In this document: positions 1-10,172 of the stretch, one piece after another
How positions within the stretch are numbered: the stretch's first letter is position 1
Layout of the letters: each line of letters starts with the position of its first letter
Source: a virus
Taxonomy: Duplodnaviria; Caudoviricetes
Strand: one strand, 5' to 3'
Virus record (IMG/VR): IMGVR_UViG_3300021978_000001
Location: 352,001 to 416,000 of that record
Length of the DNA stretch: 64,000 nt
The notes under the pieces: generated by a model
What the model saw: only the letters and a program-made list of their open reading frames with translations
The model's database searches: none
Told to the model about the DNA's origin: nothing
Program-made: the position numbers and the translations under genes

Positions 1-131
1 CAAAGGCGCTTCAAGGAGACCCTTGGGACAGTACAGCGTATGCTCGATGTTCCGCTCGAATACAACGAAGACCCCTACGCGAACGAAACCCCTTCCGAGC
101 CCTCTGCGGTCGATTTTAGTGAGTTTTGGTG

Positions 132-788
132 ATGAGCACACCCCCGGACAGAGATGCTTTCCTGGATACCATGGCCGCGCGCGTTTGCGAGCAAGGGCAT
201 GAGATGCGTGTCACGAGCGCCAGCAAGAATGGACGGCGCTTTCTCGACCTCAGAGGACGGGGAAACGTGTTGATTTGCCCGATGTATGAGGAGACCTTGA
301 AGTTGGTACGTTGGGTAGCAGGTGTCAAGGCTTCTTACACTCTCTCAGAACTGACGCCGCGTGTTCACGCTTCTTTACGAGAAGGCTTGCATTACTTGCA
401 TGCGTGCTCCCGAGAGGAGGTGACGCATCATCTGGGTCAGGAGTACACTTGCGTGGGCTTCGGTGACCTCGATGTCGAGGACGCGAACAGGCTCGCACGA
501 CGTCATGAATGTTTGTTGAGGGAGTTGAATTGCACCTTCGATGAGGATGCCAGCGTTTCTGACGTGTGGTACAAGCATTTCCGCTTACCAAGTGGCTTCG
601 GTTTCCGCATGGCACGTTACAAGAGGAACCCGCTCTTTCTCGATGTCCCCGCCTTCTGCTGCAACTATTCGGGAGACGTGGAGATGTATTTGTGTGCTGT
701 GCGACGCGCGCGAGATGAGTTCGTGACGGTCTCGCGTCACCTCGGAACCCCTGTGCTCTACGCTTCTACGCGTGAGGGAGGTCAATGA
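132..788 (+). CDS. Hypothetical protein, paralogue family A (weak member)
   Basis: ORF 126..788, ATG at 132; C-terminal AVRRARDEFVTVSRHL resembles family A helix; ATGA overlap with next gene. Confidence 0.7.
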   Translation: MSTPPDRDAFLDTMAARVCEQGHEMRVTSASKNGRRFLDLRGRGNVLICPMYEETLKLVRWVAGVKASYTLSELTPRVHASLREGLHYLHACSREEVTHHLGQEYTCVGFGDLDVEDANRLARRHECLLRELNCTFDEDASVSDVWYKHFRLPSGFGFRMARYKRNPLFLDVPAFCCNYSGDVEMYLCAVRRARDEFVTVSRHLGTPVLYASTREGGQ

Positions 789-1441
789 TGCGTAAGGAGT
801 TCGAGAGTCTTTCGGCGCTCCATGGAGCCATACAAGAGGTGTTCGAGCCTTCGATAACGTGGAACCATCGAGGGTACAACCTCACCTCGCTTCCTCTTAC
901 GATTGAAATATCTCAGGAGGGGAGGGAGGACCACATGGTGGTCAATCTTCAGGGCAGGAGAGGACCTATTCTGGTTCATGAAACCCGAGGCGAGGTTCGT
1001 TATCTCTATGCGCAGTATCTCACGGTCGGGGAAGGCGTGAATGAGCCCTCACTTCGCCATGCTGATACGTTCGAGCGTCTCCTGGGAGATGGTGTGTTCC
1101 TTCAGGATGCGACCTCTGGCCGGACGATCGAGTATTACTGGAACCGCAAGCGCTATAACTTGACCCCCGAGGCGGTGCGTGACTTGAAAGAGGCAGGCTT
1201 TCGACGGGTCAGTTGGGAACCCGATTTTACGAGCTGGTCTTTTCCGGGGGGTACCCTGATGTACATCCCCACGATGCCGGGCTTCTTGCCCTACGTCCAC
1301 AAGCTGCCTGATATGGCCACACATGACCTGGACGCAGCTCGGGTAGGGCTCACCTCTTACCGTCGCTTCCTGGACGCCTGGGAGCTTCTGGAGCGTACCG
1401 TGTTCAAGACCGAGTACCTGACGCCACGTGATGAATCGTGA
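785..1441 (+). CDS. Hypothetical protein, family A
   Basis: GGAGG RBS; C-terminal YRRFLDAWELLERTVF. Confidence 0.8.
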   Translation: MMRKEFESLSALHGAIQEVFEPSITWNHRGYNLTSLPLTIEISQEGREDHMVVNLQGRRGPILVHETRGEVRYLYAQYLTVGEGVNEPSLRHADTFERLLGDGVFLQDATSGRTIEYYWNRKRYNLTPEAVRDLKEAGFRRVSWEPDFTSWSFPGGTLMYIPTMPGFLPYVHKLPDMATHDLDAARVGLTSYRRFLDAWELLERTVFKTEYLTPRDES

Positions 1442-1471
1442 TACACCACCCACAAACCAAGAGAAGAGGAA

Positions 1472-1960
1472 GTGATGGCAAAGATCGAAGAGGGAATGTG
1501 GCTTACCTGGCGCGTGGGGCGGCAGTGCTTCATCGGCGGCGCCCTGAAAGACGCGGGATTTGATCATTGGTGGGTCAACAAGCATGAAGGGGATAACCTT
1601 GTCCGGGAGATCAAGCCGGTGGAGGAGCTTGTGCCCTTGTGCCGCACGGACAAACAAAAGGGCGCCTACCTCGTGACGCTTCGCTTGCTCGAAACGTACC
1701 TCGACCCTAGCGCGGGGCGGCAGACGTTGGCGTATCGCATTCCTCCTGCTACACTTTTTTTTGCAGGCAGCATGGCTCCCACGGACTGGACGTCTTTGCA
1801 TCTCGTATACAGCCCTTCGATGGTGCGTCTTCGGAGCGTCGGAGACATGACCATCGAGATCCTCGGGCCGCACGGGACCGCCTATACGTTCCTCTCCGAT
1901 GCCGCGATCGAGTTGTGGGACCTGAAGACACCTGAAGACATCAAGAAGATGCACAAATAG
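1472..1960 (+). CDS. Hypothetical protein
   Basis: GAGGA RBS; fits tandem + strand gene run. Confidence 0.7.
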   Translation: MMAKIEEGMWLTWRVGRQCFIGGALKDAGFDHWWVNKHEGDNLVREIKPVEELVPLCRTDKQKGAYLVTLRLLETYLDPSAGRQTLAYRIPPATLFFAGSMAPTDWTSLHLVYSPSMVRLRSVGDMTIEILGPHGTAYTFLSDAAIELWDLKTPEDIKKMHK

Positions 1961-1968
1961 AGGTAGAG

Positions 1969-2739
1969 ATGACTGTGAACGTTTTACCTTCCATGGCAGA
2001 GATGTTTCGCCAACTGGACCATGCGTTGCCCGAGGGGATGGAAGTGCGTCTTCCTTGCGAACTGGATGCGCTCGACGAGTTTTGGGAAGGCGAGTTGAAC
2101 TTCTGGATCGAAGGTATCTCGACCTGGGATGTGAGCTTCTACCCTCCTTGGGACTACGCGGACGCGTTTCATATGACAACACCACGCCACCACGCCCTGG
2201 GAGAGGTCGAGGTGCTTCGTTTCTCGATCCGTGTCAGAGGCTACTGGCAACATAGCGTCACGAAGGCTCTCGAAGCGGCGCGTGGTGAGCGCATCTATGG
2301 AGATGAAACTACCCTGTCTTCCATTGAGCAAGAGGAGCTTGAGAACCTGCTCGCGGCGCTTGCCGCGATGGAGTTCTACTTTTATCCCGTATCCGGCGTA
2401 TCCGAGATTTATCACTTCCCTGGTTTCCGTGAATACACCTGGACCGAGGAAGCTCGTGCTCTTTTTGCGGGCGCAGGCTTTGAAGAGCAGAATTATCATC
2501 GACGCTGGTTCTCTCATTGGAAGCACATGGCCTCGGGGTCTGAGCTTGGTGTGTTCCGCCTCCTGGGGTATCACACGGGTCTCGTGACATCGAGCTACGC
2601 GCGCGCTGCTACACCAGAAGAGGCTCGACGCGCGCTCGACGCGGAGCGCAAGTTCGTGGATGCCTGGGAGCTTGTCGAGCGCGCCATCATCACGCGTGAC
2701 GATCTCCTCGTGCCTGATCTTATCGCGGGGAGAGACTGA
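1969..2739 (+). CDS. Hypothetical protein, family A
   Basis: GAGG RBS; C-terminal ERKFVDAWELVERAII. Confidence 0.8.
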   Translation: MTVNVLPSMAEMFRQLDHALPEGMEVRLPCELDALDEFWEGELNFWIEGISTWDVSFYPPWDYADAFHMTTPRHHALGEVEVLRFSIRVRGYWQHSVTKALEAARGERIYGDETTLSSIEQEELENLLAALAAMEFYFYPVSGVSEIYHFPGFREYTWTEEARALFAGAGFEEQNYHRRWFSHWKHMASGSELGVFRLLGYHTGLVTSSYARAATPEEARRALDAERKFVDAWELVERAIITRDDLLVPDLIAGRD

Positions 2740-3266
2740 TGCTCTACAACGCCTTCAAGCCCTCTCGCGTGATCTGGCAAGGCCCTCACGAGGACATTGA
2801 CCGCGTGGCTTGGTTCCTGATGCGCTACGAAACGCGTGGGACATATGGGTTCTGGGGGCGCGAGGACATCAAGCTCGGTGCCCTGGTGGAGCGTAGGTTG
2901 GTTATGGGTACCGAGGATGTGTATGGGGACAAGGTAGTACGGAGTTTTCTCTTGTGCGTGACCTTTACCATTCTGGCGTTCGATACGGATAGCCGTTATG
3001 CCACGCGTATGGGAGGCCCCTGGACGCAGCCGATGCCCGAGGGCTACGATTGGGATGCGCGGGGATTCGGATACCTGTTTCACCACTGGTGGACGAAGCG
3101 TTTTGGAACGGATGTCTTGTCTTATCCTTGCCTCACGCCAACACTCGACTTCATGCCTGCCCCGGGTGCCGAGTTGTTGAGTTATGAGGGGTGGCGAGGG
3201 CGCAAGCCTGTGACGGATGAGTGGAACTACGCCAAAGAGGTCGCAGATGCTTTACAACATGTTTAA
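2739..3266 (+). CDS. Hypothetical protein, family B (MLYNAF start)
   Basis: TGATG overlap; full-length paralogue of next ORF (W..MRYE/LRYE, CLxxT, SY[ED]GWxG). Confidence 0.8.
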   Translation: MLYNAFKPSRVIWQGPHEDIDRVAWFLMRYETRGTYGFWGREDIKLGALVERRLVMGTEDVYGDKVVRSFLLCVTFTILAFDTDSRYATRMGGPWTQPMPEGYDWDARGFGYLFHHWWTKRFGTDVLSYPCLTPTLDFMPAPGAELLSYEGWRGRKPVTDEWNYAKEVADALQHV

Positions 3267-3807
3267 ACCGCCCCTCTTCTCCTGGCAGGGAGGTCACCCC
3301 GAGCTGGAGAAGTGCTCCTGGGTGCTGCTTCGTTACGAGCCTTCATACCTCCCGCGTGAGCTGGAGGTCTTGGCCTCGGGTGCGCTCATTTCTCGGTTTT
3401 TCAACCGTAACCGAGGCGGCGAGGAGATCTTGAACATCTCGGTGTGTATGTTGGTGTATCATGTGGATAAACACCGCTGCACGCCGGTCGGGCCTACTTA
3501 TTACTTTAAGCCTCGCGGGCATTGTGCTACAAACTACGCAGACTTGAACATCGACGAGGATTCCTGGAGCAAGGAAGGCTTCGGGCGCCTCATGCAGTTC
3601 GTGTGGACCAAGAACGAGAGTACCTTTTACGACGCGAGGAGGTTCCCTTGCCTCGGTCAAACCCCTGAGATCGAGATGACCCCCGGGAACCTCACGAGCT
3701 ATGACGGGTGGGTAGGCTATGCCCCTTGTCAAGATACCTGGCCTGATTATCGGGACCACGACATATCAGAGGAAGACCTCGCGAAGTTGGTGGAGTTATT
3801 GAAATGA
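3247..3807 (+). CDS. Hypothetical protein, family B (MLYNMF start)
   Basis: In-frame ATG at 3247 with GAGG RBS; paralogue of 2739..3266. Confidence 0.8.
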   Translation: MLYNMFKPPLFSWQGGHPELEKCSWVLLRYEPSYLPRELEVLASGALISRFFNRNRGGEEILNISVCMLVYHVDKHRCTPVGPTYYFKPRGHCATNYADLNIDEDSWSKEGFGRLMQFVWTKNESTFYDARRFPCLGQTPEIEMTPGNLTSYDGWVGYAPCQDTWPDYRDHDISEEDLAKLVELLK

Positions 3808-4397
3808 TCCCCTGGGATGAGTACATCAAGACCTTCCTGCCTTTCGAGGAAGTAAACGCGAAGGTCGAGGGCATCCTCGACGAGCTTGGTATCGAGCGCA
3901 GTTTTGGCAACGTGCTCACGGACTACGAGCTGCGTAGCCCGGATCTTCCGCTCAAGTTCTCGCTCGACGAGTCTACCTGGCATCATGAGGAACTCTTCAC
4001 TTGTGGTGTCATGGATTCGCCTCGTCATTGTCATGAGTTTCGGGAGCAATTTCGAGAGCGCATCAAGGACCTACGCTTTTTCGTGTTCTTTGGCGATTAC
4101 GTGCGGTACTACCACCTTATCTGGGAGGAAGACCTCGCGCGCCCTGACCAGGAGACGCGACGGCAGATCGAAGAGGTCATGGGCTTCAAGTCAACAGACT
4201 ATGGGGAATGTCACAGGACGTATTCTCTTGACGGTTGTTACTTCACGTTCTACTATGTGCCCGACCGCCCTCCAACCTGGACCACAACAGGTGTAGATGC
4301 GCTCGAAAGCATCGATGCCATGCGCGCCTGGGTCGCGAAACAACGTGGGATGATGGAAAAGTGGGAGTACCTGAGACGCACGCTGGGGTGGCCTTAG
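3804..4397 (+). CDS. Hypothetical protein, family A
   Basis: ATGA overlap; QRGMMEKWEYLRRTLG. Confidence 0.75.
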   Translation: MIPWDEYIKTFLPFEEVNAKVEGILDELGIERSFGNVLTDYELRSPDLPLKFSLDESTWHHEELFTCGVMDSPRHCHEFREQFRERIKDLRFFVFFGDYVRYYHLIWEEDLARPDQETRRQIEEVMGFKSTDYGECHRTYSLDGCYFTFYYVPDRPPTWTTTGVDALESIDAMRAWVAKQRGMMEKWEYLRRTLGWP

Positions 4398-5131
4398 CGC
4401 GCACAACAGACGACGTAGAGAGAGTAGAGGAAGTCTTGAGCACCACACCCAAATCCTACCCGAGCCACAAGGAGTTCTTCGAGGAGCTTCTGGCTCCTTT
4501 TGAATCCGAGGTTCACTATAACGTAGGCCGCCCCGAAAGTGGCCTTGAGCTACGTGGAAAAGCTCAGACGCTTTATTGGAATCTGGGATTTCTCACAACG
4601 CATGCGCATGATAAGGCGCGTCAAACCCCACAAGGGAAGAGTTTGACGTCCCTGGATATGTCGCGCGATTGGGGATGGAAAACTATCGCCCACGAAGACC
4701 TCGCGCTCGAAAAGGAGCTTGAGCGCGCCCTCTGGAATGTCGAAGCCTACTTCGATTTTGACCACTACTTCGATGAGGATGTCGCGCACTGGCATGTTCG
4801 CGGGACTGGGGGGTGGCAAGTCGCGCCCGAGGTACGATCCAGGCTCCTGGAGTGTGGCTATACGGTACACAAGGAAGACGCGTGGAAGTTGCACTTGCGT
4901 GATCCGCATGGCGCGCTCATTCTGTACAAGCATCCCGACTACACGCCTGTGTGGCAAAGCGGCGCGACCGAATGTGATGACCCCGAGCGAGGTCGCGTGT
5001 GGCTTTCGGAGCAACGTGCCTCCCTTGAGCGTTGGGAGTTCGCGAGGCGCGCGTTGCTGACCGGGGAGCATTTTATCAAGTATGACTTCGATGGGAACGT
5101 CATCGAACATAGCAAGAAGGCAGTTGGATGA
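4388..5131 (+). CDS. Hypothetical protein, family A (start uncertain)
   Basis: ORF 4235..5131, GTG at 4388 chosen to limit overlap; QRASLERWEFARRALL. Confidence 0.7.
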   Translation: MALARTTDDVERVEEVLSTTPKSYPSHKEFFEELLAPFESEVHYNVGRPESGLELRGKAQTLYWNLGFLTTHAHDKARQTPQGKSLTSLDMSRDWGWKTIAHEDLALEKELERALWNVEAYFDFDHYFDEDVAHWHVRGTGGWQVAPEVRSRLLECGYTVHKEDAWKLHLRDPHGALILYKHPDYTPVWQSGATECDDPERGRVWLSEQRASLERWEFARRALLTGEHFIKYDFDGNVIEHSKKAVG

Positions 5132-5898
5132 CGGTCAAGGTTCTCTTCAGTGATAAAGACCCGGGTGCGGGCGAGGAACATGACTTCTTTGTGGGGCAGA
5201 GTGTCCTTGAGATCTATGCACACCTGCGCCGTGTGTTCTCACATCGTTACGCGTGCACCCTGGCAGACTACCACGAGGATTGCCCCGAAGCGGACCTCGC
5301 GCTCACGCATGGTGTCGCCTTCCCTTACGACGATGCGTTCTTGACCTTTGAGGCGGAGGGACGCATCGACGACATCATGTTCACCACGCTCAAGCTGTAC
5401 ATGCCTCATGCAGGGCAACAAGGAGGCCCGCTTGAGTTCACGCACAGGGTCGAGTGGGAGGCGTACAACAAGGGGTACAACACCACCAACCCCAGAGCTT
5501 ACCAGGCAAAAGTGCAGATGGTCAAAGACGTCTTCGAGACGCTCGAACATCACACCACACATTGGGAGACGGAGGGGGTGACCCATCGTTGGGGAGGCTT
5601 CGATGCTCCTCGGGTGTCCAAAAAAGCGCACCGCAAGCTCGAAGAGATCGGATACACTCGGGTGTACGAGGGCATCAATGTCACGCGTTACGCGTGTCAC
5701 GGGACGCACCTGGAAGTCTACCACACGCACGCCATCCCCCCACGTTGGGGTAACGTCAAGGTCGCTCCTGATGATGTCGAGAGCGCGCGAGCCTGGTTGA
5801 CGGATGCGCGTCGTGCGGTCGATATGTGGGAGGCCGCGTGTCGTACCGTGTTTACAGAGCCCTACCTTCAGCGACGCAAGTCCACAAAGAGGAAGTGA
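5128..5898 (+). CDS. Hypothetical protein, family A
   Basis: ATGA overlap; HRWGGFDAP and ARRAVDMWEAACRTVF. Confidence 0.8.
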   Translation: MTVKVLFSDKDPGAGEEHDFFVGQSVLEIYAHLRRVFSHRYACTLADYHEDCPEADLALTHGVAFPYDDAFLTFEAEGRIDDIMFTTLKLYMPHAGQQGGPLEFTHRVEWEAYNKGYNTTNPRAYQAKVQMVKDVFETLEHHTTHWETEGVTHRWGGFDAPRVSKKAHRKLEEIGYTRVYEGINVTRYACHGTHLEVYHTHAIPPRWGNVKVAPDDVESARAWLTDARRAVDMWEAACRTVFTEPYLQRRKSTKRK

Positions 5899-5899
5899 T

Positions 5900-6577
5900 A
5901 TGTTGCAACGTGATCGTACATTCGAGGAACTCCAGGTGTGGGGGGTGCTCGAAGAGGACGCGAAGTCTTCTGGGTTGACATGCGCTTGCGAGGTGTACCA
6001 TGAGCTGCATGGTTGGGAGTTTGTGATCAGGCAACCCCTTTATAAGGTGACCCTCACCGCGTCGTTCCTTTCGGCGCACCGTTCAAAGATCCCCAAGCCA
6101 CCTCTCGTGCGATTTACCTTGTGGCTTTGTTTTGGGGAGGACAATACCGTCATCGAGGAAGCTCAATGGGATATGGATGTCTCCCGCTTCAAGCGTGACA
6201 CACCCCTCAAGCACGTCTTGTTGGCGGGGCTGGAGTTGTATCAGCGTCATGATCGCGCGCGCAAGGAGGATGCTGCTGAGTGCCTCGAACAGGTCATGAG
6301 CTGGGCTGTGCTACTTCACCAGTTGTACGGGAACGTGCAGTATAGCGAGGACCTGCGGATGTCTGATCTGGTGATGCAAGCACATTACTATCACGAACTG
6401 CGTCTCAGTGAGCTGGGGATCGTGCTACTTGGAGGGGTTACAGAAGCACCCACGGACGTGCGCGAGCTGACGTGGTATGGGGAGGTGTTGCCGACTCGAC
6501 TCGGGCGAGGCACCACGACCGTCTTTACCATGATGAGCCTTCCGTCCAACCCCTTTTACGTTGGCGTGCTTTCGTGA
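5900..6577 (+). CDS. Hypothetical protein
   Basis: In-frame ATG at 5900, 1 nt after previous stop, GAGGA RBS. Confidence 0.7.
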   Translation: MLQRDRTFEELQVWGVLEEDAKSSGLTCACEVYHELHGWEFVIRQPLYKVTLTASFLSAHRSKIPKPPLVRFTLWLCFGEDNTVIEEAQWDMDVSRFKRDTPLKHVLLAGLELYQRHDRARKEDAAECLEQVMSWAVLLHQLYGNVQYSEDLRMSDLVMQAHYYHELRLSELGIVLLGGVTEAPTDVRELTWYGEVLPTRLGRGTTTVFTMMSLPSNPFYVGVLS

Positions 6578-6592
6578 TCCACAGGTGATAAG

Positions 6593-7276
6593 ATGCCCTT
6601 GCATAGACATGAGAGCTTGATCATCCTGCCGCCTCTGGAGCGCGCATTGGATGCTGCTGCGGACAGGCTTGTCCACCCATATCAGCACGTGATGCACGAG
6701 GTAGTGGGGGATGCCTTCGAGTTATACTTCGAGCGTCCTGATTTTTTCCTGTCCTTTCGCGCACGCTTCAAGCCTCAAATCGCGCCCGAAGGTTACTTGA
6801 ACTACGCGGGTGACCCTCAGTTTCGCTTCGAGTTCATCTTGAAGGTCAAGGAGTGGGGTGATTATGCGGGGCCGCTCCCTGACGAGTACAGCAACCTGTT
6901 CGACGTGATCGACCCTACATTGTGCTTTACTTCACGTGGTGAGATCGAGATCCCCGTGGAGCCCCGGACCACCATGTACGATTTCATCCTGCACGTGACC
7001 AGCACGCTTTGTGTCCGCATCGCGCAAATGGACTATAACCTGGATCATGTCTCGCCCTTGATGCGGATGTCCTGGTTCCTGGTGGCGCTGCGTGCGCTCA
7101 AGCACAGCGACGCTCGGCTGGGTCGAAATGTCTTCGATGATTGGATCGTCGCGTCGCATCGAAAGCACAACGCGTATGTCAAGCACCAACACGAGCAGTA
7201 TTCCCCTGGGCTCCCCCTGCGGATCGAGTATCGGAAGTGGTGTCACGAGGTCATGACCACCTATCTCTTGCCTTGA
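6593..7276 (+). CDS. Hypothetical protein
   Basis: 227 aa ORF in tandem run, AGGTG RBS. Confidence 0.7.
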   Translation: MPLHRHESLIILPPLERALDAAADRLVHPYQHVMHEVVGDAFELYFERPDFFLSFRARFKPQIAPEGYLNYAGDPQFRFEFILKVKEWGDYAGPLPDEYSNLFDVIDPTLCFTSRGEIEIPVEPRTTMYDFILHVTSTLCVRIAQMDYNLDHVSPLMRMSWFLVALRALKHSDARLGRNVFDDWIVASHRKHNAYVKHQHEQYSPGLPLRIEYRKWCHEVMTTYLLP

Positions 7277-7286
7277 AGGGGTACTT

Positions 7287-7742
7287 ATGTTGATTCCATG
7301 CTTTGACTTCGAGTTGGAACGCTGGAGCTTTGAAGGCCCGGCAGTTTCCATGCGTGATCTGGAAGCGCATGACGAGCATATTATTCACATGGCCGTGGAG
7401 TTTCCCTCGAAATGGCGCATGTTTCTCAAGAGTGGCATTTATCGGAATGTGCGGCCTGCTCAACCTGATTATCGCTCGACAGCGGTCTATTTCTATTCAC
7501 CGGACCAAGAGGACCTCGTGATTGACCCTCGCAACCCGCCGCCTCCAGGGTACGCAGGGGCGAGGCGACTGGGAGTGCGCGCGCTTGATTGCCCGAAAGA
7601 CCAGTTGGTGCTTCGGGAGATGTATTCGTTGCGGCAGGTGCCGCATCACCATATGAAGGACTTGTTGATTCCAGACGCGCAGAAGCGCCTGTACGCGCGG
7701 AGCCTGGAATACATCATCTACATGTTGGAGCGTGGTCGGTGA
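7287..7742 (+). CDS. Hypothetical protein (MLIPCF start, family B-like)
   Basis: AAGGGG RBS; tandem run. Confidence 0.7.
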   Translation: MLIPCFDFELERWSFEGPAVSMRDLEAHDEHIIHMAVEFPSKWRMFLKSGIYRNVRPAQPDYRSTAVYFYSPDQEDLVIDPRNPPPPGYAGARRLGVRALDCPKDQLVLREMYSLRQVPHHHMKDLLIPDAQKRLYARSLEYIIYMLERGR

Positions 7743-8275
7743 TCAGGAACGCTTTTCGGCTCACATTAGACATCGACAACAGGCAGGTGCCTCGCATCGC
7801 CATGGTTCGTGGATACCCCGTCGAGCTTACCCATCGGCGTCGCCTGGGGCTCGTGATCGAACCGATCGAGTGGCTCGGACCCGAGGGTTACCTGTGGAAA
7901 GGGCGCCTTGCCTGGTTCGAGCTGAATACAGACTTCTGGGCATTTGGTAAGACCTACCACCTCAAGGGGCACGAGCCGCCTTACGTGCGCATGTTCCTGA
8001 TGGCGAACCGTCGTGATGTCGCGATAAGTTCGCTGCCATGCGACTTCCAAAAGGAGATGCTCCGCGTTGCCGAGTTTGGTGTCGCGTTGCGTCATGTCGA
8101 GATGGCAGACCCCTGGCTCACCAAGCTCAAAGAGCATTATGGCGGCGCCTACCCTCGCAACACAGAGCGTTGGACACCGCAGCCCTATGTCTATCCCTTC
8201 ATGGAGCCTCCACGACCTGCTCGTTCGTTCGCTGATATTCTTGCAGGGATTCAAAGGACTTACCAAAATGCGTGA
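7739..8275 (+). CDS. Hypothetical protein, family B-like (MIRNAF start)
   Basis: GTGA overlap at 7739, in frame with ORF 7589..8275. Confidence 0.7.
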   Translation: MIRNAFRLTLDIDNRQVPRIAMVRGYPVELTHRRRLGLVIEPIEWLGPEGYLWKGRLAWFELNTDFWAFGKTYHLKGHEPPYVRMFLMANRRDVAISSLPCDFQKEMLRVAEFGVALRHVEMADPWLTKLKEHYGGAYPRNTERWTPQPYVYPFMEPPRPARSFADILAGIQRTYQNA

Positions 8276-8882
8276 TCTGACAATTTATCCTGACATCGAC
8301 GCCATGTGGAACTCGCTGATCCCCGAGGCTCCGCGTTATATGGACCCCTACGTGAGCGATCATCGGTTGCATCTTCCCATCCTCGCGGGAGAGGATGTGC
8401 TGTACCTTGGCAACAAGGAGCCGCTCATTCGTCAAACCCGTGAGGGAGAGTGGCTCGCGCTCGCCAACATTCAGGTAGGCATCGGGGGTATCATGCAATA
8501 TGCCAGCCTGGATGAGATCGGGGACTTACCGGATGTGGGGACCGCGTTTACCTCACCTCGGGCATGGTACGGGGATGTGTATCACGAGGGTAAGCGGACA
8601 CGCTTTCTGCATTATTGGCATGGTTTCCGCGCGCCCATGCTCACCGAGGCGCAAGACGCCTTTCGGGAGAGCCTTGACTTGACGCTTTCTGCGGAATACT
8701 ATTGGTTCTCTACGCTGCGAATCAACCCAGCATGTGTAATCGAGGTGTACCATATCGAAGAGGTGCTGCCGATGCTCCGGGTCTTGTCTGGTTTCAAGCA
8801 AGATAATGAGGAGGCGCGGCAACACCTGGCGTGGGTCAGGGAAGGTGTGGAGCTGTTGGAGTTATTGAGGAGGTCCTGGTGA
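8268..8882 (+). CDS. Hypothetical protein, family A
   Basis: In-frame ATG at 8268 with AAGGA RBS; HYWHGFRAP and VREGVELLELLRRSW. Confidence 0.75.
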   Translation: MRDLTIYPDIDAMWNSLIPEAPRYMDPYVSDHRLHLPILAGEDVLYLGNKEPLIRQTREGEWLALANIQVGIGGIMQYASLDEIGDLPDVGTAFTSPRAWYGDVYHEGKRTRFLHYWHGFRAPMLTEAQDAFRESLDLTLSAEYYWFSTLRINPACVIEVYHIEEVLPMLRVLSGFKQDNEEARQHLAWVREGVELLELLRRSW

Positions 8883-9703
8883 GAGGTCAGTACACGCATT
8901 ACGCGAGCGAAGATGATGCGAAGACCGAGCTGTGCGAGCGCATAAGGCGCGCGGGTTACGACGTGCATCACGATGGCAACTTGATTGTCTTTCGTCTCAA
9001 TGAGCGAGATACGGCGCGCATTCTGTTTCGGGTCAACTCCGAGTTCTTTGAATGGGGCGAATGCCCTGTCGCTTGGCGTGTCCACGATCGGCATCTCGAC
9101 CAGGTACAGCAAGCCTCCCTGGAGCTTTACATCCGCAGGGGGGCAGCAGGTAGTGCAGGCTCCCATGTGGAGACTTATGACGAGCTGTGGTGTGGCTTCC
9201 CGGAAGAGGAGGAAAAAGACAACTACAAGCTGCGCGATACCTCTCGGCTGGAACGCTTGTTGGACGTGCTCAGGGACTTCAAGGCGAGCTATTGGTATCG
9301 AGAGGATACCTACGTCTTCTTGCATGGGATGGGCTTCGGGAGCTTCCCTGTGGCGCTCGATGCTCGTCTTCAGGATCTCGGTGGAAAGCGCTTCAAGCAC
9401 TACTGGACCAAGTATGCGTGCAACTACCTCTTCGATCAGGGCGCGCATCATCCGTTCGTGCTCACGATTCCGGTCGAGACCTCTCTTCGCCCGAACCTCA
9501 TGTTCACCGACAAGTACGACGACCCCGTGCATCTGGAGTTCACGACGCCGCGTCAGCTCGAAGAGTTCGCGCGCGCCTCTCGGTTGACCGCCGAACTTTT
9601 CAACACCATCTTGCGCGCGGTCCAGGATGTACGCGAGCACGACATCTTTCCCTCTCCTCTCCCGCTTGACGCGCCCTCGCCTTCTGTTGTTAATGTTGCT
9701 TGA
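8879..9703 (+). CDS. Hypothetical protein
   Basis: GTGA overlap with GAGGAGG RBS; ORF 8831..9703. Confidence 0.7.
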   Translation: MRGQYTHYASEDDAKTELCERIRRAGYDVHHDGNLIVFRLNERDTARILFRVNSEFFEWGECPVAWRVHDRHLDQVQQASLELYIRRGAAGSAGSHVETYDELWCGFPEEEEKDNYKLRDTSRLERLLDVLRDFKASYWYREDTYVFLHGMGFGSFPVALDARLQDLGGKRFKHYWTKYACNYLFDQGAHHPFVLTIPVETSLRPNLMFTDKYDDPVHLEFTTPRQLEEFARASRLTAELFNTILRAVQDVREHDIFPSPLPLDAPSPSVVNVA

Positions 9704-9728
9704 CGCTTGCCTTGCTTTAAGGTATAAA
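9700..9728 (+). promoter_or_regulatory. Sigma70-like promoter TTGACG-N17-TATAAA
   Basis: Near-consensus -35/-10 at 17 bp spacing in an AT-rich gap upstream of 9783. Confidence 0.75.
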
Positions 9729-9782
9729 GAGGTCTCGAACCTTGAATCTCGAAAATGGAAATGCGAGACGATACCTTGAAAC

Positions 9783-10172
9783 ATGGGAGAGCATGAGATG
9801 AATGAACAACAGACGAAAGCCGCGAGGCTCCTGGCTGGGCTGGTGTGTGACTTCTATGAGGGTACGCGCAAGCTCGTCGAACTCGACATGCACGAGTATG
9901 GCTTGCAAGCCTACATCAACGTGCAATACTACCAGAGCTGGCTGCTGCCCTACCGCAAGTCGAGCTTGCGACCAGAGTACCTTTACAAGCAAGGCGCGTT
10001 CGGGGCTTATGTGGGCTTTATGCCCGCGAGCAAGGAGGAGGTCGCGCAGTTCACGGACATGCTTCGCGAGGTCGCGACCGAGCGGGGATGTCAAGCAGCG
10101 CTCGACATGCTCGATGCTTCACCGAGCGTTAAAGCAGGCGATAACTCCGGTGATACCTCGGGTGGCGCGTGA
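9783..10172 (+). CDS. Hypothetical protein
   Basis: First ORF after promoter; start could be 9798. Confidence 0.7.
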   Translation: MGEHEMNEQQTKAARLLAGLVCDFYEGTRKLVELDMHEYGLQAYINVQYYQSWLLPYRKSSLRPEYLYKQGAFGAYVGFMPASKEEVAQFTDMLREVATERGCQAALDMLDASPSVKAGDNSGDTSGGA